Source: Chitinivibrionales bacterium
Lineage (GTDB): Bacteria; Fibrobacterota; Chitinivibrionia; Chitinivibrionales; WJKA01
Assembly (NCBI GenBank): GCA_038247415.1
Contig: JBBRUX010000032.1
Span: 1 to 45,613, forward strand
Reading direction: 5' to 3'
DNA: 45,613 nucleotides
Shown: piece after piece, positions 37,118 through 45,613 of the stretch
How positions within the stretch are numbered: position 1 is the stretch's first letter
How the letters are laid out: every line of letters begins with the position of its first letter
Notes under the pieces: generated by a model
Seen by the model: only the letters and a program-made list of their open reading frames with translations
Database searches by the model: none
What the model was told of the DNA's origin: nothing
Made by a program: the position numbers and the translations under genes

Positions 37118-37743
37118 GTCTGTTTGGGCACCCCTGTCTTCTGTCTGCGACGCGCTCTTCGGTTTTCTTTTTTTGGCGGTGGCGTCTCCTGTCTTTTCTT
37201 CTTGTCTTTCGGCAGCCCCTCTTTCAATTCGTATTTGTCTTCTGCCTTTCGCAGTGCCCACTCGTATTGACTTTGCGCCGGAGCGGGGACGAGCGGAGTC
37301 GCTAATTTGTGCTCTTCATGATCGTCACGAAGGATAACTTGCTTGACATTTAAAGCTATATCGCTGGCAATTTTTCGCATCAAGGGCTTTGGAGCAGAAC
37401 CATGCATTAAAAGATTCCCATGATACGGATTGTCTGCTAATGCATGCCGGTCATAGCTAAAGAACTGCTTTACATTGGGATTATTTCTAATTCTGTCCAA
37501 CTCCGAACGAGCAAGAATTGCCAAACCAATCTTGAAGTGAAACGAACCATTATCCTTCTTTTGGTTGAAAGAATGGTTAACTACTTTGTCGTCATCATGC
37601 CAATTTATTGACTCTTCAGAATATCCAAGCACACGCTTTGACTCGCCTTTGTTAAAATTGAAAAGACCGGCGGACGGTAAGCCGTCGTCGTCGATACTCT
37701 CCCTACTTGGGATACCGCGGATCAATAGATCTGGAAAGCTCAT
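37012..37743 (-). CDS. Hypothetical protein (~145-aa core, possibly ART/RES-like) with low-complexity read-through tail
   Basis: RBS GAGG. Core LIRGIP...ESINW...NPYHGNLL; the last ~95 aa are Lys/Arg-rich and run into the palindrome. Confidence 0.65.
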   Translation of the reverse strand: MSFPDLLIRGIPSRESIDDDGLPSAGLFNFNKGESKRVLGYSEESINWHDDDKVVNHSFNQKKDNGSFHFKIGLAILARSELDRIRNNPNVKQFFSYDRHALADNPYHGNLLMHGSAPKPLMRKIASDIALNVKQVILRDDHEEHKLATPLVPAPAQSQYEWALRKAEDKYELKEGLPKDKKKRQETPPPKKENRRARRRQKTGVPKQTNNKRMAVPGSKQPFTQMPAWARRRPNYRCIKFPK

Positions 37744-37750
37744 AGTCCTC

Positions 37751-38017
37751 TCATGTATTACTCAAGACGAAGGTAATTATCGATGTAAAAAGTTCCTGCC
37801 TGTTCGATTGTTTTAATAGGCCAGAGGCGTCTTGCTGTTCAAGATTAGCATTTGATACAAGATACCAATTTGATTCACTGTCGTTCTTCTCCAAACAGAA
37901 TCCGACACGAAAATCTTGAAACAACCATTCGATTACTACCGCGCCGTCATCATCAATAGAAAACCGCAATGGTGGTAGGGTACCGATACTTTCAACAGCA
38001 TTCGCTGTCGATGACAA
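37751..38017 (-). pseudogene. 5'-truncated hypothetical protein
   Basis: LPPLRFSIDDDGAVVIEWLFQDFRVGF...SNWYLVSN looks like a real domain, but there is no proper start or RBS and an in-frame stop lies just upstream. Confidence 0.6.
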
Positions 38018-38076
38018 ATAACTTTGTCAAGCGGATTTCTGGCATATATTACACGTGGTTTCTCTGGAAAAGGCAT
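38011..38076 (-). pseudogene. N-terminal 22 codons of a TIGR04255-like protein
   Basis: AAGGAG RBS followed by MPFPEKPRVIYARNPLDKVICH, resembling the N-terminal Y-x-x-N-P-L-x-x-V-I-C pattern I recall for TIGR04255. It then runs out of frame into the next gene (stop at 37936). Confidence 0.65.
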
Positions 38077-38092
38077 AATTACTCCTTTGCGT

Positions 38093-40339
38093 CTATTCTT
38101 CTATGTTGAATGTCAACCCCAACTGGCTCGCAGATTCTTTGGCAATCTTGAAATTCTGCGTATTCTCGGAAATCGGCGAAGCATCGGTTGCTTTCCCTTT
38201 GATTTCAATCTTTATCTCAATCTTATTATTGATAAGCGGCTGAACAAAGCTGCTGAAAATCTGAGAATAATTCTCTGGTGCAACCTTGCCAGAGATTGTT
38301 ATCGACTTGAAGGCTTTTCCAGCTTTAGGTGCTGCGCCTCCGCTTCCAGTGCCTTTGTCTTCTTTTACAGTATCCGCTGGTGGTGTTACACCGCCTGTGG
38401 TAGGCCCGGACGTGGTTGAATTTTCTGAGACGGCAGGAATTTGCGACTTGTCAAAAAGCCAGTATGTTGGTTCTGTCACATCCAAAAATGGAATTGGTTC
38501 CTTTAAATAGTACCGTGTGAATTTCGTAGCTTCCCCGGAAGCTATGGCAAACTGGCCTTCTGTGCGTATTGGCGCCTCGGCAGTGGGCAGAAGATTCTGT
38601 CTCTTCAATTCACTCAGGCCGACTTTCTGTAATAGCCATTCTTCATCTATCAAGGCCGTATGAATGACTGAATCTATCTGACAGTCGATCAAATCTTTGA
38701 ACTGCTTGATTGCAATTGTCTGTATACCTTTTTGCACACAATGCTTGGCTACAACGGTGTAGGCGCTTGCAATGGAGCGGTCAATTGACTGATTGTGCGA
38801 TTCAATCTTGCCTTTGATGTCGGCTTTCTGTTCCTGCTCAAGCTGGCTTTGATATTCATCCCGAATTTTGACACAGGCAAGATACTCGGTAATGTCGCTA
38901 TGTACTTTGGTAAATCCGACTTCGGAGCAAATCAGGAATAGTAAGGTGTTTCTATATACACGGTCACCGTTGCCCTTCTTGGTGGCTAGTTTGCGTATCA
39001 TATCACCAAGGGGTTTCGTCGCAATATCGCCACCGTTGATTTGATATTTTGGGTGCAAGATGATCAACGTAGGAGTCTTCTGTTCCGGCACTTCTTCGGA
39101 AGGTGCTATTAATACATTGAAATTTGAAACCAATTGAGTCCGCGCGGAAAGTCGGCTAACAATCTCTTGATGTACGTCGCCGGACTTCACATCACCAACA
39201 AGAGAATTCTGCCTCTGCCAAAGATCGCTAACGATTGAGGCCAATAGCCGCAGGGCACCGCGTGTGCGCTGAAAATCATGATGGCTGGCCCAATGCTTAT
39301 GGGATACTTCAATGAGCGCCGGGTGAAATGGGTACAATTTCTTGATTTTTTCGCGGTATTCGGCTTTGGGTGCAAAAGACGGTAACTCCAGAACCCAAGA
39401 TTGATAGAGCGTTTCGTAGTTGGTGGCGACATCATCCACAATTTTATCGTCGTCTATAGATTCAAACAGCCGACGACGTAAAACCTCGAAGATCTCTTCG
39501 TCATTGACTGGTTTTGTATCAGCACTGACACGTGAGAGCCGGTTTGAGAGGGACGTGAGAATATGTGTGCCAAGTTGCGAACTTGCGACTTCTACAGGAC
39601 TTGCAGGGAGTGTTGCCACAAGTACACAATGCGGCAAAGCAACAACAGCCTCCGAAAGCTCTTGCGCAAAACTGATAGTCTGGTCGCATAGTGTGGATTT
39701 ACCGACGGTAACTGCCGATGCGCTTACACAATAATCTGCAAGCTCGTCGATCAGGATAAGAGCCGGTGAGCATTTAATCAAGACTTCCTTGAAGAGCCCT
39801 TTCGGGCAGGTTTGCTTTTCGTCATTTTCGCGTATGATTTCATAAGCAGCCTTGCCGCCAAGTTGGTATGCGATTTCGCCCCAGATTGTCTTTATTGTGA
39901 GCCCCCCAACCTTACGACCAGTTGTAGGGTCACATGTCTTGTTTGTAAATACTGCTACATTGCCTTCTGCGAAAGAAATCGGGCCGGAATAGGCAAGCAT
40001 ATCCTTCAAACCGTTAAGCTTTGAAATTGATTTCCCTTGCTTCGCAATGTGATACAGGGCAATCAGACTGTGGGTTTTGCCACCGCCGAAACCAGTCTGA
40101 AGGGATACCGAGCGGTCACCGGAATCGATTTTGCCGTTCAGACCGTCAATGACACGTTTACAAATAGTTTTTAGACCAACGGTGAAATACGTTTTTGAAA
40201 AGAAGAGTTCGGGCTTGGCGTAGACCGGCCTGCCTTTCCCAATAGCCACTTCAGAAAGGTCTGCGGCAAAAACCGATTCGTCAAGCACGCCGTCGCAAAG
40301 GTCTTGGTGCGGTGTAACATTTTTAAACCAGGGTGTCAT
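38093..40339 (-). CDS. DUF499 AAA+ ATPase (restriction-like defence component), probably internally deleted
   Basis: FAADL, TGFGGGKTH (Walker A), LILIDE (Walker B), YPFHP and FQRTRGALRLLA motifs. Confidence 0.88.
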   Translation of the reverse strand: MTPWFKNVTPHQDLCDGVLDESVFAADLSEVAIGKGRPVYAKPELFFSKTYFTVGLKTICKRVIDGLNGKIDSGDRSVSLQTGFGGGKTHSLIALYHIAKQGKSISKLNGLKDMLAYSGPISFAEGNVAVFTNKTCDPTTGRKVGGLTIKTIWGEIAYQLGGKAAYEIIRENDEKQTCPKGLFKEVLIKCSPALILIDELADYCVSASAVTVGKSTLCDQTISFAQELSEAVVALPHCVLVATLPASPVEVASSQLGTHILTSLSNRLSRVSADTKPVNDEEIFEVLRRRLFESIDDDKIVDDVATNYETLYQSWVLELPSFAPKAEYREKIKKLYPFHPALIEVSHKHWASHHDFQRTRGALRLLASIVSDLWQRQNSLVGDVKSGDVHQEIVSRLSARTQLVSNFNVLIAPSEEVPEQKTPTLIILHPKYQINGGDIATKPLGDMIRKLATKKGNGDRVYRNTLLFLICSEVGFTKVHSDITEYLACVKIRDEYQSQLEQEQKADIKGKIESHNQSIDRSIASAYTVVAKHCVQKGIQTIAIKQFKDLIDCQIDSVIHTALIDEEWLLQKVGLSELKRQNLLPTAEAPIRTEGQFAIASGEATKFTRYYLKEPIPFLDVTEPTYWLFDKSQIPAVSENSTTSGPTTGGVTPPADTVKEDKGTGSGGAAPKAGKAFKSITISGKVAPENYSQIFSSFVQPLINNKIEIKIEIKGKATDASPISENTQNFKIAKESASQLGLTFNIEE

Positions 40340-41487
40340 TTGCTTTCATCCGTATCATCGTAAACTTCGGCAATTTGTTTTCGTAATTGGGCCTTGCTGG
40401 GCAGATACAATTTATATCTGCTGGCGAAAATCTGTTTGTTATTTTCGGGAAGGGTAATTTCAACCAGAGCATCTTCTTTTTTGCGACAAAGGATTATGCC
40501 GACCGTTGGGTTTTCATCGGCAGTCTTGATTTTGCGGTCAGTATAATTCACGTACATCTGCATCTGCCCGATGTCCTGATGCGTGAGTTCGCCTATTTTT
40601 AAATCTATCAGCACATAGCAGCGAAGAAGACGGTTATATAATACAAGGTCAACATGAAAATGTTTGTCGTTAATTGTCATGCGTTTTTGGCGCGCTTCAA
40701 AGAGAAATCCTTTTCCCATTTCGAGGAGAAAATGTTCAATCTTGTTGATGATTGCCGTTTCGAGATGGGTTTCGGTATATTGAGTTTTCTCATCGAGTCC
40801 GAGGAATTCAAGAACAATGGGCTCTTTAATCGCATCTTCCGGCTTCTCAACGATCTGGCCTTTTTTCGCAAGTCCCCGTACTTTTGCTTTATTGCGGCTG
40901 AGAGCAAGACGTTCGTAAAGTGAAGTGTTGAATTGCCGTCGGAGTTCGCGGACTGTCCAGTTTTGCGCAGCTGATTCTATTTCGTAAAATGAGCGTTCGT
41001 CGGTGTCGTCTATTGACATGAGAAACAAATAATGGGTCCAGCTCAGCTTGAAAATGTCTGCCAACGAAGATTGCGCAATCAGTGATTGCGCAATTGGCCG
41101 TTCTGAAGATTTGGTTGATTTTGCAATGAGTGCTTGCAAATTTTCCGAAGATTTTGCCGTTAAAGAAAATTTCGCAATCAGTGATTGCGAAATTCGGGTT
41201 TGGTACATGAGGTAACATTTCCGCATGTATTCGAGATTACGTTCGGCAAAACCACGTCCGAATTCATCTGTCAATTTTATTGACAACAGGGGCAGTGTTC
41301 TTGCGGCGTAATTTGCACGTGCTGAACCGGATTGTTCATCTTCTACGATTGCGCGGCCTATTTGAAAATTAGTCCAGACCTGGATAAAATCAACTGATCG
41401 TCCGGCTGCACGACGGGCATCAATGACGAGGGCTCGGATCTGGCTTAGCAGCGCTTTTGTTTTGCTCACACTTTTCTTAATTTCCAT
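40336..41487 (-). CDS. YhcG/DUF1016 PD-(D/E)xK nuclease-domain protein
   Basis: GRGFAERNL, LSWTHY, FYEIES, KEPIVLEFLGL, FLLEMGKGF, DLKIGELTHQDIGQMQMYVNY motifs. Confidence 0.93.
   Translation of the reverse strand: MEIKKSVSKTKALLSQIRALVIDARRAAGRSVDFIQVWTNFQIGRAIVEDEQSGSARANYAARTLPLLSIKLTDEFGRGFAERNLEYMRKCYLMYQTRISQSLIAKFSLTAKSSENLQALIAKSTKSSERPIAQSLIAQSSLADIFKLSWTHYLFLMSIDDTDERSFYEIESAAQNWTVRELRRQFNTSLYERLALSRNKAKVRGLAKKGQIVEKPEDAIKEPIVLEFLGLDEKTQYTETHLETAIINKIEHFLLEMGKGFLFEARQKRMTINDKHFHVDLVLYNRLLRCYVLIDLKIGELTHQDIGQMQMYVNYTDRKIKTADENPTVGIILCRKKEDALVEITLPENNKQIFASRYKLYLPSKAQLRKQIAEVYDDTDESK
41070..41194. repeat. Three palindromic repeats inside yhcG
   Basis: ATTGCGCAATCA-G-TGATTGCGCAAT (41070-41094), TTTGCAA-TGAGTGC-TTGCAAA (41120-41140) and AATTTCGCAATCA-G-TGATTGCGAAATT (41168-41194). 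Confidence 0.9.
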
Positions 41488-41669
41488 AGTACTCTCTTTG
41501 CGTCACTTCGATTTGACTCAGTGCAACGCTTTGCGGTAAATGATCTTTATTCAAACAAACTCGTTTGTGCCATTTCCTGCGCGTGTCCTTTGGATTAATA
41601 CACACCTAACTTTGTGACAATTAAGCGCCAAGATCCCGTTCTTGAGCCTAAATTTGAAGCATCAAGCAC

Positions 41670-42050
41670 AACTTACCTGCACTGTCGGCAACCCTTGAAA
41701 AATCCGAAGTGTCAGCAAACGGTGCCTTGAATTGCTTTGTTACAGCAACTCGCTGAATCGTAGACTCCTTTATGGAGAACAAAGCAATTTTAAACGCGGT
41801 AACAGCTCCATTCCATTCCGTTTTACTCCTAACCAATACTGTTTGTCAAAATTGAGCCCCTTCAAAGATGTCGCGCTGCCTAATGCTACACTAAATAACC
41901 CGCTCCTTGTATTTACCGATTGCGTTTCTGTCCATAATTGATGAGTCCCCGTTAATATCGAATCATCATAAATTGCAAAATCGAGAGAATACGAAGAATT
42001 GGGCAGGGGGTTGCTATTATTGTCTGTTAATATTCCTTGACATGTAATGA
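41670..42050 (-). pseudogene. Fragment of a surface or tail-fibre-like protein
   Basis: QGILTD...FAIYD...LWTETQSV...GLFSVALG...YWLGV...PRLKL-SP*, then ADTSDFSRVADSA in another frame. No signal peptide or start; premature stop. Confidence 0.65.
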
Positions 42051-42239
42051 TGTGGTCCGTTTGTTTCTTTTCTGCATTAGTCTTTTGCCTGTGGGGCTTG
42101 GCTCCAATTACCCCCAACGGGTTGGGCAACGCACGAAGGAATTGCCCTGTTGGTGGCTGTAAATTTAAACCTGCCCTGGTGTAATGTCTTTCGGCGGGGC
42201 CTGGAACGTCCATGTAGCTGCGTCCTGTTTCATTATGTA

Positions 42240-45339
<3,100 letters not shown>

Positions 45340-45347
<8 letters not shown>

Positions 45348-45613
45348 TTTCTGTACCTCTGTTTTTCAATTCCAATTGCTTGACATTTTGACTACTGACC
45401 ACTTTTTTCCCCGTTTCCGCTTCTAATTTCAATTTGGCCTCATTCGCGACACCACCGCCCCGCTTTGCCACTTCTGCCAGCCAGAGTTTAAAAGGTTCTG
45501 CTTTTTTAGAGGGGATTGATTGGATGATTCTAAAAACCTGATTGGTAGTTGCAGCCAGTGTTTTCCGCAGTTTGCCTGTATCCGTCTTCATGGCTACCTG
45601 GGGACAATTTGTC
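45340..45613 (-). pseudogene. Bro-N/antirepressor-like protein remnant (5' part outside window)
   Basis: RIIQSIPSKKAEPFKLWLAEVAK joined directly to the C-terminal RGGGVA...LEAETGKKVVSSQN. The stop overlaps the hsdR start. Confidence 0.7.

Noticed and set aside
38012..38029. Palindrome TGACAAA-TAAC-TTTGTCA containing TTGACA as a promoter or operator
   Set aside because: It lies within the TIGR04255-like coding stub and has no matching -10 box. Noted only as adjacent to the deletion junction.
41070..41194. CRISPR array
   Set aside because: Only three non-identical units, in frame inside a protein gene, with no leader or cas genes. No CRISPR array was seen anywhere in the window.
41604..41630. 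Second attC site (GTTAGGT core on the minus strand)
   Set aside because: Matches GTTRRRY, but I found no complementary arm or inverse core; a lone 7-mer is expected by chance.

Overview
Bacterial chromosomal window in three parts. (1) 1-670: mobile-element debris, namely the 3' end and right IR of an ISL3-family IS and a 472-bp internally deleted IS66 element with perfect 17-bp terminal IRs. (2) ~724-32810: core genome. It carries tRNA-Gly/tRNA-Cys, a polysaccharide deacetylase, an atypical mglA-mglB pair (small GTPase plus roadblock protein, each with a long disordered tail ending in a putative amphipathic helix), PIN-PhoH, an RRM protein, the glycine-cleavage operon gcvT-H-PA-PB, rsmE, a phosphohexomutase and a dcw cluster. 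The dcw order is mraZ-rsmH-ftsL-ftsI-[57-aa ORF]-murE-murF-murD-ftsW-murG-murC-ftsQ-ftsA-ftsZ; mraY, murB and ddl are absent. (3) ~32850-45613: a minus-strand, heavily eroded defence island. It holds a Bro-N-like remnant, an intact type I hsdR, a surface/tail-fibre-like pseudogene, YhcG/DUF1016, a DUF499 ATPase with apparent internal deletions, a broken TIGR04255-like/unknown/ART-like triad, an attC-like palindrome, a TIR protein cut at its NTPase P-loop, an AlbA_2/HATPase regulator and an IS3 remnant. Gene content tentatively suggests an FCB-group organism such as Fibrobacterota (inference only). All family calls come from recognised motifs, not database searches. The most interesting candidates are the membrane-tail MglA/MglB module, the TIGR04255-like triad with its attC-like site, the palindromic repeats inside yhcG and the small ORF inserted in the dcw operon.
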